Shown piece after piece: positions 11,379-23,123 of a stretch of 64,000 bases of DNA. The position numbers and the translations under genes are program-made. Position 1 is the first letter of the stretch. The number at the start of each line of letters is the position of its first letter. The DNA is from an uncultured Actinomycetota bacterium (GTDB lineage Bacteria > Actinomycetota > Actinomycetes > JAHEKZ01): NCBI GenBank assembly GCA_963829525.1, contig CAWHIJ010000003.1, positions 2,464,001 to 2,528,000 on the forward strand, given 5' to 3'. Under the pieces are notes generated by a model. It was not told where the DNA came from. It was given only the letters and a program-made list of their open reading frames with translations, and did not search any database.

Positions 11379-12653
11379 GTGGACTCCCTGAGCCTGGCTG
11401 TCATCTCGGCGCTCGTCGTTGGTTATGCACTCATCAGCAAACGGCTTGCGACGTCCGTCGTGTCAGCTGCGATGTTCTTCCTGGCCGGCGGTGCTCTCGT
11501 CGGCTCGTCAGGCTTGGGGCTCGTCGACCTGCCAGCCACCAGCCACACCATCGAGAGGCTCGCCGAGGTCACGCTCGCTCTGGTGCTCTTCGCCGACGCA
11601 TCGAGGATTAGGGTCGCCGACTTGCGCCATCAGGCGACCCTGCCTGCCCGGCTCCTGGGAATCGGCCTGCCGTTGACCATCGTGCTGGGATCGATCGCAG
11701 GGACGACGCTCTTCCCTGCACTTGCTTTGGCCGAAGCGGTCGTGCTCGCCATCATCTTGGCCCCTACCGACGCCGCTCTTGGTCAGGCAGTTGTCTCCGA
11801 TGAACGACTCCCCTCTCGCATCCGGCAGGCCCTCAACGTCGAGAGCGGGCTCAACGACGGCATTTGCGTGCCGCTTCTGCTCATCTCGCTGGCGTGGGCC
11901 GACACGGAGAGCGGCGGTGTGACGGCCCGACAAGGTCTGCAACTTGTCACCGAGGCGATCGGGTACGGCGTGCTTGCTGGCGCGGCTGTGGGGGCAGCAG
12001 TCGCGATCCTGCTGACCCGCGCCATTCGATCAGGGTGGACGGGGGGTGCCTGGGAACAGCTGGTCCCTGTTGGCGCCGCGCTTACTTCCTACGCCTTGGC
12101 CGACTGGCTGGGAGGCAGTGGCTTCATCGCCGCGTTCGTAGGCGGCCTGGTCTTCGGCACTCTCGTCAACAAGCACGAACAGGTAGAGCGCTTTCTCGAG
12201 GAGGCAGCGAGCCTGACGAACGCCGCAACGTTCATCGTGCTCGGAACTGTACTGGTCATCCCCGCTCTGGACAGGGTCGATCTGAGCTTCGTGGTGTACA
12301 TCCTGCTCAGCCTCACCGCCATACGCATGATTCCGGTTGCCATCGCGCTCGTGGGCACCCACGCCAGACCACCGACAGTTTCGTTTGTTGGCTGGTTCGG
12401 ACCGCGGGGACTCGCATCTCTTGTCTTTGTCGTCATTGTCCAAGACTCGGGTGCACTTGAGCACAATGAGCTCATTGTCTCGACGGCCGTCGTGACTGTG
12501 CTGGTGTCGGTCTTTGCCCACGGGATGACAGCAATCCCTCTCGTCAATCGCTACGCGACCTGGTACCACGCCCACGACGAGAAGCCCGACATGGAGTCGG
12601 AGCATGTCCACCTGCCACGCTGGCGTGGGCAACCCCCTGAGACGAAGGAGTAG
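11379..12653 (+). CDS. Cation:proton antiporter (CPA1, NhaP-type)
   Basis: LAPTDAALG, LNVESGLNDG, GSGFIAAF, GWFGPRGLAS. Confidence 0.9.
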   Translation: MDSLSLAVISALVVGYALISKRLATSVVSAAMFFLAGGALVGSSGLGLVDLPATSHTIERLAEVTLALVLFADASRIRVADLRHQATLPARLLGIGLPLTIVLGSIAGTTLFPALALAEAVVLAIILAPTDAALGQAVVSDERLPSRIRQALNVESGLNDGICVPLLLISLAWADTESGGVTARQGLQLVTEAIGYGVLAGAAVGAAVAILLTRAIRSGWTGGAWEQLVPVGAALTSYALADWLGGSGFIAAFVGGLVFGTLVNKHEQVERFLEEAASLTNAATFIVLGTVLVIPALDRVDLSFVVYILLSLTAIRMIPVAIALVGTHARPPTVSFVGWFGPRGLASLVFVVIVQDSGALEHNELIVSTAVVTVLVSVFAHGMTAIPLVNRYATWYHAHDEKPDMESEHVHLPRWRGQPPETKE

Positions 12654-12656
12654 CCC

Positions 12657-13592
12657 ATGAGAGCAGCAGTCGTCGATGTCTTTGGCGATTCAGGGCTCAT
12701 CACTGTTCGCGACGTTCCTAGGCCCGATCCTGGTCCCGGTCAGATCCGCATCAAGATCGCGGCCGCCGGAATCAACCCGGTCGACACGTACAACGCCAAG
12801 GACCCATCGTGGGCCAGAATCGAAGCGGGCTGCGTACTCGGTTACGACGTAGCCGGCACGGTGGAGTCCGTCGGCGACAACATCAGTGTGGAGCTCATCG
12901 GCCGGAAACTCATGGCGATGACGGCCTTCCCACGAGGGCAAGGCGGCTACGCCGAGTACGCCGTCGTCGATGAGCCACTTGCCGCCTACCTCTCCGATGA
13001 CGCCGATCTCGTCGCGGCCGCGTCAGTACCGCTGGCGGCTGGAACAGCGTGGGAAGTTCTGCGAAAGCTGGAACCGGCTGGATCTTCGATGCTCGTTATC
13101 GGCGGCAGCGGGGGCGTCGGGCTCTTCCTCATCCAGCTCGCAGCAGCCCGGGGCATCCGCGTCATCGCACTGGGCCAAAAGCGGAGTCACGATGTGATGC
13201 GCACTAACGGCGCGGCGGCCTGCGTCGACTATCGGTCACCGGACGCCATCACAACGGCAGTCGACCTGGCCGGAGGCAGCTTCGACTCGATCGCCGAGCT
13301 GGTCGGAGGACCACTGACTGCTCTGGCCCAGCCACACCTTCGTGATGACGGAGTGATTGCGGCCATCGCCCCGCCCGACCTTGCGATCGACAGCCTCATC
13401 GACGCCAACCAATCACTGCACGGAATCCTCATCCGAGACAACGGCGAACGACTGCGCCAACTGGCCGACCTCTTCAGCGATGGCCGCCTGCGCACACACG
13501 TCACCCGAGTCCTGCCCCTCGGCGAGGTGGTCGAGGCTCACCGTCTGGTTGACTCCGGCGAAGCCGGCGGCAAGGTCGTTCTCACTCCGTAA
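12657..13592 (+). CDS. NADPH:quinone reductase / MDR family oxidoreductase
   Basis: AAGINPVD, GYDVAGTV, GGYAEY, GGSGGVG, GKVVL. Confidence 0.85.
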   Translation: MRAAVVDVFGDSGLITVRDVPRPDPGPGQIRIKIAAAGINPVDTYNAKDPSWARIEAGCVLGYDVAGTVESVGDNISVELIGRKLMAMTAFPRGQGGYAEYAVVDEPLAAYLSDDADLVAAASVPLAAGTAWEVLRKLEPAGSSMLVIGGSGGVGLFLIQLAAARGIRVIALGQKRSHDVMRTNGAAACVDYRSPDAITTAVDLAGGSFDSIAELVGGPLTALAQPHLRDDGVIAAIAPPDLAIDSLIDANQSLHGILIRDNGERLRQLADLFSDGRLRTHVTRVLPLGEVVEAHRLVDSGEAGGKVVLTP

Positions 13593-14929
13593 CCGCGGCC
13601 CGGCCGTGGCAGTCGGCCCAGCTGGCCTCACGTCCGCAGCTACAAGGCGCGTCAGGATCGCGCTTGGCGTCCTGTCTTGCGTACCAATCGCGCAGACCCG
13701 TAGCTTCCTGCCCTCGCCTCAGCAGGCCGGCTGTCACCTTCATCGGTTGGTCGATATGACGGAAGAACGTCTGGTAGCCCGCACACAGATAGTGCAGTCC
13801 CGGCTCGCCGTCCGGAGTCTCGATGAAACGGTCTTTGGGGCATCCACCGTTGCAGGCAAAGCGGACGTCGCACTGTCGGCAGTAGTCCGTCAGAGTGTCG
13901 AGCTTGGCCTGGCCGAATGCGCGCTGCTGCGGCGAGTCGACCAGCTGTAGCAGAGTCTTGCCTTGCGAGATGTTCCCCAGCAGATACTCCGGCTCCACGT
14001 AGTGGTCGCACGAGTACAGGTCTCCGTTGTGCTCAAGCGCTACGGCGTCACCGCAGGTTCGGGCGTGGACGCACATACCGGCCTGTTCCATGCCGAGCCA
14101 GTGCGCCAATGACGGTGTCGAACATCTGGACGAAGACGTCACCGACGTCGTGGCGAGCCCAATCCTCAAAGATGTCGATCAGGAAACGCCCGTACTCTTC
14201 TGCTCCAACAGTGCGGTGGGTGATCTTGTCCCCTGCCTGCCGGTACAGCGGGCGATCACCGCGCCGCGACCCCCAGCCGCTCTCGGCCAGTGGAAGCATC
14301 TCGGGCGTGACTCGCTCGACGATGGGGATCAGCTGAACGAAGGTGGCGCCCAGGTCATCACGGAGGAATCGGTAGACCTCGGCGCCGTGGTCCTGGTTGG
14401 CGGCGTTGATAGTCGTCAGCGCGTTCCACTCAACGTCGTGACGCTTCAACGCGTCCAAACCAGCGAGCACCCGATCGAAGGTCGGCTTGCCACCCTTGTC
14501 AACGCGAAAGGCGTCATGCATCTCGCGGGGCCCATCGATCGAGACTCCGACGAGGAAGTCGTGTTGCTTCAGGAAGGCCGCCCACTCGTCGTCGATCAAT
14601 GTGGCGTTGGTCTGAATGGTGTTGAGGATCTTCTGCCCAGGGGCAGCATGGTGCGCTTCTCGCTCGAGCACGCGCCGGAAGAAGTCCAGACCCATCAGCG
14701 TCGGCTCGCCACCCTGGAAGGCAACCACCACCTCGTCTGCGCCTCGCTGCGCCGACAACAACTGTCCGACGTAGGCGTCAAGAACCGCGTCGTCCATGCG
14801 GAACCCGCTGCCGGGATAGAGCTCCTCCTTCGAGAGGAAGAAGCAGTACTCGCAGTCAAGGTTGCAGATCGCGCCGGTCGGCTTCGACATCACGTGAAAC
14901 ACCCGCGGAGCCACGGCAGCCGGCGTCAC
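13582..14929 (-). CDS. Anaerobic sulfatase maturase (radical SAM/SPASM, AslB/AtsB-like), frameshift near 14100
   Basis: KPTGAICNLDCEYC (CxxxCxxC), FQGGEPTL, IQTNATL, NGDLYSCDHYV, CRQC..RFACNGGCPKDR; SEC-C-like tail PCSCG...CHG. Confidence 0.9.
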
Positions 14930-14939
14930 AACGATCCCC

Positions 14940-17302
14940 TCAGTCGAGAAGGAACCATCCTCGCACCTGCGCCTCGTGGTCGATGTACCGCTCACCAGAC
15001 ACGTCCACCACGACCTTGTCGATCTCGCCCCCAGTGAACGTGAATGGCGCGACGTAGTCGGGGGTGACCGGAGACGCATCATCGCGGCCGACGCAGATCC
15101 CGTCCCCAACTGCACAGAACAAGCCAGGCTGGGTCACGATCCGGCTTGATCCGACGGCCTGCTCGTTCATGTAGAGCGTCAACGTTCCGACCGCCCCCGG
15201 CATCGATGGGTCCTCGCTCCGCCCCTCAGCCGCGAACTCGGCCGTGAACACGTGACCACCCGCGGTGATCTCTCGATCAGAAACGATCTCCTGCAGGTGG
15301 GTACCGACCCAGTTGAACGTGTAGCGGAGGCGGCGGTCTTTGATGTACAGGCTATGCCCGCCCACGACGCCACCGTGGGCGTATAAAACCCCCTGCGCGT
15401 CCGGGCTGTCGACCCTCACACCGGCAGCGATCGTGTAGGACCGTCCGCTTATCAGCACTCCCGACTGCTCCGGCACCGAGGCGCAGTCCGGGTAGTAGAT
15501 GTAGCGGTCCCGCGGCGGGGAGCCGCTGGGACGCTCGGCGAGCGTCTGCTCCAACGCCGTCCGGTCGTCGAGGGGCAACCCGTTGTAGATCGCGGCTTGC
15601 TCGAACCAGAGCTTGACCATCGACTCGAGACGCTCGGGCTCCTGGTCGGCGAGATTGGTCGACTGCGACCGGTCGCTTCTCATGTCGTACAGCTCCCAGA
15701 CATCCTGGTCGAACTTCCCCCATCCACTCAGGGGCGGGTGAACCGTGCAGGCCAGCCAGCCCTCGTGATAGATCGACCGCTGGCCGAGCATGGCGAAGAA
15801 CTGCGTGGTCTTGCTCGGTGCCGACTCGTCGGTCAGCGACCTCGCGAAGCTCTCCCCCTCGAGAGGGCTCTGCTGGTATCCGCCCAGGGTCTCCGGTGGG
15901 GTGATGCCGATCAGGTCGTAGATCGGTCGGGACGACATCAACGGCGTGGATGTACTGCTGCCGAGGCGTTGCCTGCGGGGCGACCTTCGCCGGCCAGGCC
16001 ACCATGCACATGTCGGCGATGCCGCCTTCGTAGCCCGCCCAGCGCTTCCAGTAGGGGAAGGGGGTGTCGAACGCCCAGGCCCAACCGGTGTTGTAGTGGT
16101 TGTAGCTCGTCGGGCTGCCGAGTTCATCGATGTGCTGCAGCGACAGCTCGGTCGGAGTGGGGACACCGTTGAAAAAGCGCCACTCGTTGAAGGTTCCGTT
16201 CGGTCCCCCCTCGCCGCTGGCTCCGTTGTCGGAGACGACGACGATGATCGTGTTGTCGAGCTCCCCCGACGACTCCAGGAAGTCGATCACCCGTCCGACC
16301 TGGTCGTCGGTATACGAGACGTAGCCCGCGAACACCTCGGCCATCCGGACGAAGAGACGTTCTCGTCGTCGCTGAGGGAGTTCCATGGCCGGACGGTGTC
16401 GAGCAGGGGCCACGGCTGTCCGTCCGGTCCGGTGACGGCGGGCTCGCCATGGGGGTTGATGGTCGAGAGCTCGGTGTCGCCCGGAAGCAGTCCCGAGATC
16501 CTTCTGCCGGGCCAGGATCTGGCCGCGGATCTCTTCGTAGCCCTATGTCGAAGCGGCCCTTGTACTTGTCCGCCCATTCCTTGAAGACGTGGTGCGGGGC
16601 GTGTGCCGCATCAAGCGAGAAGTACATGAAGAAGGGCTTGTCCGGCTCGACGACCTTGGCGTCCCGGATGAAGCGGATCGCCTGGTCCGAGAGGTCCTTG
16701 GCGATGTGGTAGCCCTCCTCCGGTGTCGCCGGAGGGTCGACGGGGTGGTTGTCGTGCACCAGGTCGGGGTACCAGCAGCTGGACTCCCCACCGAGGAACC
16801 CGTAGAACCGCTCGAATCCGCGACCCAGCGGCCAGCGCCGTTTCGAGGCGGCCATCCCGGTCTCCTCACCTGGGGTGAGGTGCCACTTGCCGACGCAGTA
16901 GGTGTTGTAGCCATGCTCGAGCAGTACCTCGGAGAGGAAACCGTTCTCGAACGGGATGCGGGTGGAGATGCCCGGGAACCCCGAGCTGAACTCCGCGATG
17001 GTGGCCATACCGTTCGATGTGGCATTGCGGCCGGTCAGTAGTGACGCCCGGGTTGGCGAGCAGAGTGCTGTGGTGTGGAAGTTGGCGTACTTGACGCCCA
17101 TGTCTGCGATTCGCGTCATGGTGGGCGTCTCGACTGGTCCACCGAAGCAGTCCATCGTGCCGAAGCCGACGTCGTCCCAAGCGATGAAGAGCACGTTCGG
17201 TGCCCCATCAGGGGCTTTGGGGGCTAGGTAGGGAGCCCAGTCCGGCTCGGAGTCACGGATGTCGAGCGCGATCTTGCCTTTGAACTCCGCCAATGCGTCC
17301 AC
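14940..17302 (-). CDS. Arylsulfatase (Cys-type formylglycine sulfatase), several frameshifts (about 15930-16550)
   Basis: PNVLFIAWDDVG, CSPTRASLLTGR signature, GKWHL, AAHAPHH, SDNGASGEGG, WELYD, C-terminal laminin-G-like part. Confidence 0.9.
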
Positions 17303-17420
17303 TCCCTCAGGTCCCTGTCGGATCGGGCACCGTCGTCACCCATCGTGGTGGGTCCACCCGATCGCGTCTACCTCCCGTTGGGACGAGTCAACGCGTCTAG
17401 TCAGCCCGTCCGGTTCTTAC

Positions 17421-18915
17421 TCAGCAACCGGAGCCTCGCACCGGGCGACCCGGACGCGCCTCCACCAAGAGCTCACCATCACGAACCACGGCAGTTCCCG
17501 ACACAAAGACGTGCGCAATACCCGCTGACGTGAGAGTGGGTTCGTCGTACGTCGCTCGGTCAGTGATCGTTTCGGGGTCGAACACCACGAGGTCGGCGTC
17601 CGCACCGACTTGGATGCGCCCTTTGCGATGCATTTCCGGTGCGATGTCGCGCAAGATCTCGGCCGGCACCAAAGTGCAACGACGAACAGCCTCTGGCAGG
17701 TCGATCAGGCGGAGCTCACGCACGTACCAGCGCAGTACGCGGCTGAACGTGCCGGCCGTCCGAGGATGCGTGAGTACTCCGGGCGGAACCGGCCATGGGA
17801 TCGGTTCGCTCATGTCGCCGCTCGGCGGGACGAGGGGCATTGCGTCGGACGCAACAGCCGTCTCGGCAGTAAGAAAGGCACGCATGAGGAACCCGAGGTC
17901 GTCCGGGTCGCTCTCACGGAGGAAGTCGATGACTGCGATGCCCCCTGGGTCAAGGGTGCGCAGCTCGTTCAATCGAGCAACCGAAGACGACCCGCTCGCC
18001 GGTGGGCAGGTAGCGGATGTCGGTCGGCTTCAAGCCTTGATAGGTGAGCGCCTCCGGCGCGAGGAACTCAGCGCCGATTCCGGTGCACCCAGCCCCGTAC
18101 GGGTAGGCCTCAGTGGTGATCGCGAGCCCTTGGTCCTGACCGCGCCCGATCATCTCGTTGACCCGGTCGATGTTCCTCGTTGATGTGCTGTTCACATGAC
18201 AGATGTGCATGTGCGCCCCCGTCGCCAACGCAGCCGTTACCGCCTCAGCTGCGCCGAAGATCCCGCTGTCCGGCCGGGTGAGTTCGCGGACGTGGGTGTA
18301 TGTCGAGGTACCCACCTCAGCGGCGAGGCCGGCGACGGCCAGGTACTCGTCGGCCGATGCCTCCTGGCAGTAGCCGAGCAGTACGCCGATCCCCAGTGCG
18401 CCATCTGCCAGCTCGCGCCGCAGTCCGTCGATGAGCTTCGGCGTCTCGTCTCGAGCCAGCGCCCGGTGCCAGTCGGGCGCACCGATGTGATCCATGAAGG
18501 GATCAGCTGAAGCATGGACGTCCAGACCGCAGGTTGCCATCCGCACGACAGCCCACGAGGCCGAGAACCCGTAGTGGTTTGGGCTGCCCTCTGCTGCCGC
18601 TCGGCGGTAGGCGTCGGCAACATCGATCTCGCCGCCCTCGAGCTCGAGCGCGGTGGTCACCCCGTCACACACCTGAAGTGCCCGGGACGCATAGTCACGG
18701 CAGTGGCTGTGCAGGTCGATGAATCCAGGGGTCAGCACAAGACCGGTGAGGTCGCGTTCGACACGACCACGTAGCAACCGGTCGCCGCCCTTCGCGACGA
18801 CCGAGATCGTGTCGACGTCCACCGCGACATCACACACCGCGTCCAGCCCGGTCTCGGGGTCGAGGGTCCGCGCACCCCGCAGAACCAGCTCGTGCTCGCT
18901 CCCGACGGTCATCAC
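17421..18915 (-). CDS. Amidohydrolase (N-acyl-D-amino-acid/D-glutamate deacylase-like), frameshift near 17975
   Basis: PGFIDLHSH, HICHVNST, TTEAYPYGAG, ASDAM, HPRTAGTF, KGRIQVGADADLVVFDP. Confidence 0.85.
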
Positions 18916-19054
18916 CCAAGGCTAGGGTCACCGTCCGGCAACGACTCGCCGCATCCGCCGTGTTCTGCTTGCGGGCCTCTGTGGGCTGCGTCAAGGTGTG
19001 CCGAGGCAGTCCCCCGCCCGTCAAGCCACCTTTCACTGGCACCGGAGGTGCACC

Positions 19055-20420
19055 ATGCCCGAGAAGAGCACGGAGAATCTGGCGACCGAAGTCCGCAGCC
19101 TCCTTCCGCAGCTCACCGCCGACCTCCGCAACCTCGTGGCGATCCGGTCCGTATCGTCGCCGGGGTACCCCGAATCGACACACGCCGCACTTGCCGAGGC
19201 CGAGCAGTTCGTCACCCGACTGCTGCGGGGGGCCGGGTGCGAGCGTGTCGAGACAATCGAGCTGCCGGACACCGCGCCCGTTGTCTTCGCGGGATCCCTG
19301 CCCCAGATGGTGCGCCTACGGTGCTGCTGTACAGCCACTACGACGTCGTCCCAGCCGGTGACGAGGCCCTGTGGGAGACACCCCCGTTCGTACCGACTGA
19401 CCGAGACGATGCCCTCTTTGGCCGCGGCTCCGCAGACACCAAGTCGAACATCATGGCGATCGTCGGTGCGTTACGCGCATGGGGCGGGCGCCCGCCGGTG
19501 GGCGTCAAAGTGGTCATCGAAGGTCAGGAGGAGGTCGGCGGCGGCGCGTTCACCACCTACCCACAGCAGGACCCGGAACGCTTCGCTGCCGACGTGATGC
19601 TGATCGCCGACCTCGGCAACGTCCGCCCAGGTGCTCCGACGCTCACCGTGGCGCTCCGTGGCATGGCCAACATCGTCGTCGAGGTGCGCACACTAGCGTC
19701 AGCAAAGCACAGCGGTCAGTACGGCGGTGCGGCCCCCGACGCGCTGCTGGCGCTGATGCGCGGGCTGGCGTCGCTGCACGACGACAACGGCGACGTCGCG
19801 GTCGCGGGCCTGCGACGCGAGCGAGTGGTCGGGAGGCGGACCTGACGAGGCGGAGTTCCGTGAGCTCGCCGAGGTCGTCGACGGCGCCCCGCTCATGGGC
19901 ACCGGCACCCTCGGCTCCCGCGTGTGGAGCGGGCCCGGCCATCACGGTGATCGGCGTGGACGTCCCATCAGTCGACAACTCGCTCAACGCGGTCGCGCCG
20001 TACGCACGGGCCAAGCTCAATGTCCGGGTGCACCCGGAGCAGGACCCGAAGGAAGCCCAGCAGGCAGTGGTCGAGCACCTGCGCGAGCAGATGCCGTTCG
20101 GTCTCGCACTCGACGGTCGAGCCGCTCGAGACCGGGCACGGGTTCGCTGCCCGCACTGACAGCCCGGCGGTGGAGGCCGCGTCCGCCGCTTGGTCGGCAG
20201 CCTGGGACGCCGAGACGGCCATGGCCGGAGCAGGTGGCTCCATCCCCCTGGTGAGCTCGCTGGCCGAGGCAGTTCCGGGTGCCGAGATCCTGCTCGGTGG
20301 GACCACCGACGGCTACTCCAACATCCACGGTCCAAACGAGCGGGTGCTGCTGGACGAGTTCGAGAGGACGACGGTTGCGATAGCCGATCTGCTTCGCCCG
20401 GCTCGGGAGCCGCCTCGTGA
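19055..20420 (+). CDS. M20/M25/M40 metallo-dipeptidase, several frameshifts
   Basis: PTVLLYSHYDVVP, GRGSADTK, IEGQEEVG, HSGQYGGAAPDA, GGSIP, NIHGPNE across ORF fragments; GGAGG RBS before ATG 19055. Confidence 0.82.
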
Positions 20421-22083
20421 GCACCGACGAGGCGACGCACCGAGGAGCAAGCCGGAGTCTGGTCGCCCGCACGCTCGATCTGATCGAGCGAGTCGGCAAC
20501 AAGGTGCCGCACCCGGCCGATGATGTTCCTCGCGCTCTGCATCGGCGTGATCCTGCTGTCGCAGCTGCTCGCCTGGATCGGCGTATCGGCAACCTACGAG
20601 GTGGTCCAGCCGCCGCCCCAGCAGGTCGAGGCGGAGTACGTCGGTGGTTCGACGCTGCCCGCCGAGACGATGCCGTGCAGAACCACCGGACGCGGGCGAC
20701 TACGAGGTGGTCGAGCGAGACCGTCGAGATCGAAGGACTGCTGACGGTCGACGGGGTCCGGTACATGTTCACGTCGTTCGTGCCAAACTTCATGGGCTTC
20801 ACGGCGATGGGGATCATCCTCATCGTCATGATCGGCGTCGGGGTGGCCGAGCGGTCCGGACTGATCTCGGCCTTGATTCGCAGACTGGTCGATGCGTCGT
20901 CTCCCGCGGCGCTCACCTACATCATCGTGTTCCTCGGGGTTCATCTCCAGCATCGCTTCCGACGCCGGCTACCTGGTGCTGATCCCACTCGGCGCGGTCG
21001 CATTCGCGAGCGTGGGGCGACATCCGCTGGCCGGGATGGCCGCCGCGTTCGCCGGCGTCGCAGGGGGTTTCGGCGTCAACTTGCTGATCACCCCAACTGA
21101 CGCAGTGCTCACCGAGATCACCAACGAGTCGAGCGCGCTCGTCGACCCCAGCCAGTCGATCGACCTGACGGCGAACTTCTGGTTCGGCATCGGGTCGACG
21201 ATCCTGCTGACGATCCTGCTGGGCATCACCACGTCGCGCATCGTCGAGCGGCGGCTCGGCGCCTACGACCCCTCGGTCGCCCCTGACGCCGACAGCCCAC
21301 AGATCCAGGCCGCGGACGAGGCGCCAGAGGTCAGTGCGGATGCTGAGCGCCGGGGCCTGCGCCTGTCGGGCCTCTGGTTCCTCGGCGCAGCGCTGCTCAT
21401 CACGCTTCTGACGGTGCTGCCCGGCGCTCCGCTGCGCGACCCGGAGACCGGCAGCATCATCGGCACGTCGCCGTTCATGGACGGCCTCATCGTGATCATC
21501 TCGGTGCTCTTCCTTGCCGCCGGCGTGGGCTTCGCGCCGAGGCGCCGGAACGCTCTCAGCCAAGGGCGACATCATCGATGCGATCACCAAGTCGTGGGCC
21601 GGGCTGGCCGGGCTGCTTCTGTTGTTCCTGCTGATCGCGCAGTTCATCGCCTACTTCAACTACTCGAACATGCCGCAGGTGGCCGCGGTGAAGCTCGGTG
21701 ATCTCATCGAAGGGCTGGACATCGGCACGGTGTGGCTGCTTCTCATCGCCATCATCATCACCCTGGTTGTTGGGATCTTCATCCCCCAGGCGATAGCGAA
21801 GTGGGCGCTGCTCGCTCCGATCTTCGTCCCGCTCTTCCTACGCCTTGGCGTCGAGCCGGACGTTGTGCTCGCCGCGTACCGAGTGGGTGACTCACCGATC
21901 AACATCGTGACGCCGATCATGGCGTATTTCCCGTTGATCGTCGTCTTCGCTGCCCGCTACGACAAGCGGTCGGGGATCGGCACAGTCATCGCGTTGATGC
22001 TGCCCTACTTCGTGCTGATGTCGGTGGTCTGGACGGCGTTCTTCCTCGTCTGGTACCTCCTCGGCATTCCGTGGGGCTTCTGA
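20417..22083 (+). CDS. AbgT family transporter, several frameshifts
   Basis: LDLIERVGNKVPHP, GVGVAERSGL, SDAGY..LIPL, GRHPLAG, AYRVGDSPINIVTP, GIGTVIALMLPY. Confidence 0.85.
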
Positions 22084-22100
22084 TCAATGGGCAGACAGTG

Positions 22101-23072
22101 ATGCGCCACATCAGCACCGGACAGCTGCCGACCGAGGAAGAGGTGCAGCGGCTGGTCGATGAGACCCACCGTGAGCTGCTCAGCGTTGACGAAGGCGACG
22201 TCAGCGCCGTCTACCCGGCTCTGAGCAACGTCTCCGCGGACCTGTTCGGAATCTGTGTGGTCAGCCAGACCGGTGCTGAGTTCGTCGCCGGAGATGTGGA
22301 TGTCCCCTTCGCGTTGATGAGCGTGGCCAAGCCGTTCGTGCTCGCACTCGTCGTTGACGCGCTCGGCCCCGACGCCGTCCTCCGCGACATCGGCGTCGAC
22401 GCGACCGGACGCCCGTTCGACTCGGTGACCGCTGTAGAGGAGTCCACCGACGGCCGCACGAACCCGATGGTCAACGCCGGCGCCATTGCCACCACAGCAC
22501 TGATTCCCGGCGCCGATGCGGAAGAACGCTGGCGGTACCTCGCCAAGGGACTCTCCCGGTTCGCCGGCGAGTCACTCATCATCGACTCAGAGATCTACGC
22601 CTCGGCCTCCTCCACCAACCTGCGCAACCGGGAGATCACGACAGCGCTAGGTGCCCGCGGCCGGATTACCGGAGAACCGAGCGAGGCGCTCGACCGCTAC
22701 ACCCGGCAGTCCTGTCTGCGAGTCACTGCACGGAACCTAGCCGCGATGGGAGCAACGCTGGCCGACGGCGGGGTGAATCCCGAGACCGGCGATGCGGTTG
22801 TGAGCGGTGAGACAGCACGCTTCGTACTCGCCGTGATGGCCACCGCTGGAATGTATACGGGTTCAGGCGCATGGCTGTGCGAGGTTGGCTTGCCCGCCAA
22901 GAGCGGCATCGGCGGAGGCATCGTCACCGTTGCGCCGGGCAAGGGCGGCATGGGGACTTACTCTCCGCGCCTGGACTTCCACGGGAACAGCGTGAGAGGC
23001 GGGCTGGCCGCTAGATCCCTGTCGGAGGCGCTGGGCCTCGACCTCTTCGCCAGCATGCCGGTCACCCCGTAG
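22101..23072 (+). CDS. glsA: Glutaminase A
   Basis: SVAK (SxxK), NPMVNAGAI, VGLPAKSGIGGGI, SPRLD..GNSVRG. Confidence 0.9.
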   Translation: MRHISTGQLPTEEEVQRLVDETHRELLSVDEGDVSAVYPALSNVSADLFGICVVSQTGAEFVAGDVDVPFALMSVAKPFVLALVVDALGPDAVLRDIGVDATGRPFDSVTAVEESTDGRTNPMVNAGAIATTALIPGADAEERWRYLAKGLSRFAGESLIIDSEIYASASSTNLRNREITTALGARGRITGEPSEALDRYTRQSCLRVTARNLAAMGATLADGGVNPETGDAVVSGETARFVLAVMATAGMYTGSGAWLCEVGLPAKSGIGGGIVTVAPGKGGMGTYSPRLDFHGNSVRGGLAARSLSEALGLDLFASMPVTP

Positions 23073-23123
23073 TCCGCCGCCCCGACCGACGATGCTTCGG
23101 CGCACAGCCTGGGCGAGCACGAA

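Noticed and set aside
7900-21600. Programmed ribosomal frameshifting
   Set aside because: Shifts are numerous, occur in unrelated enzyme families and show no shared slippery motif; sequencing error or decay is simpler
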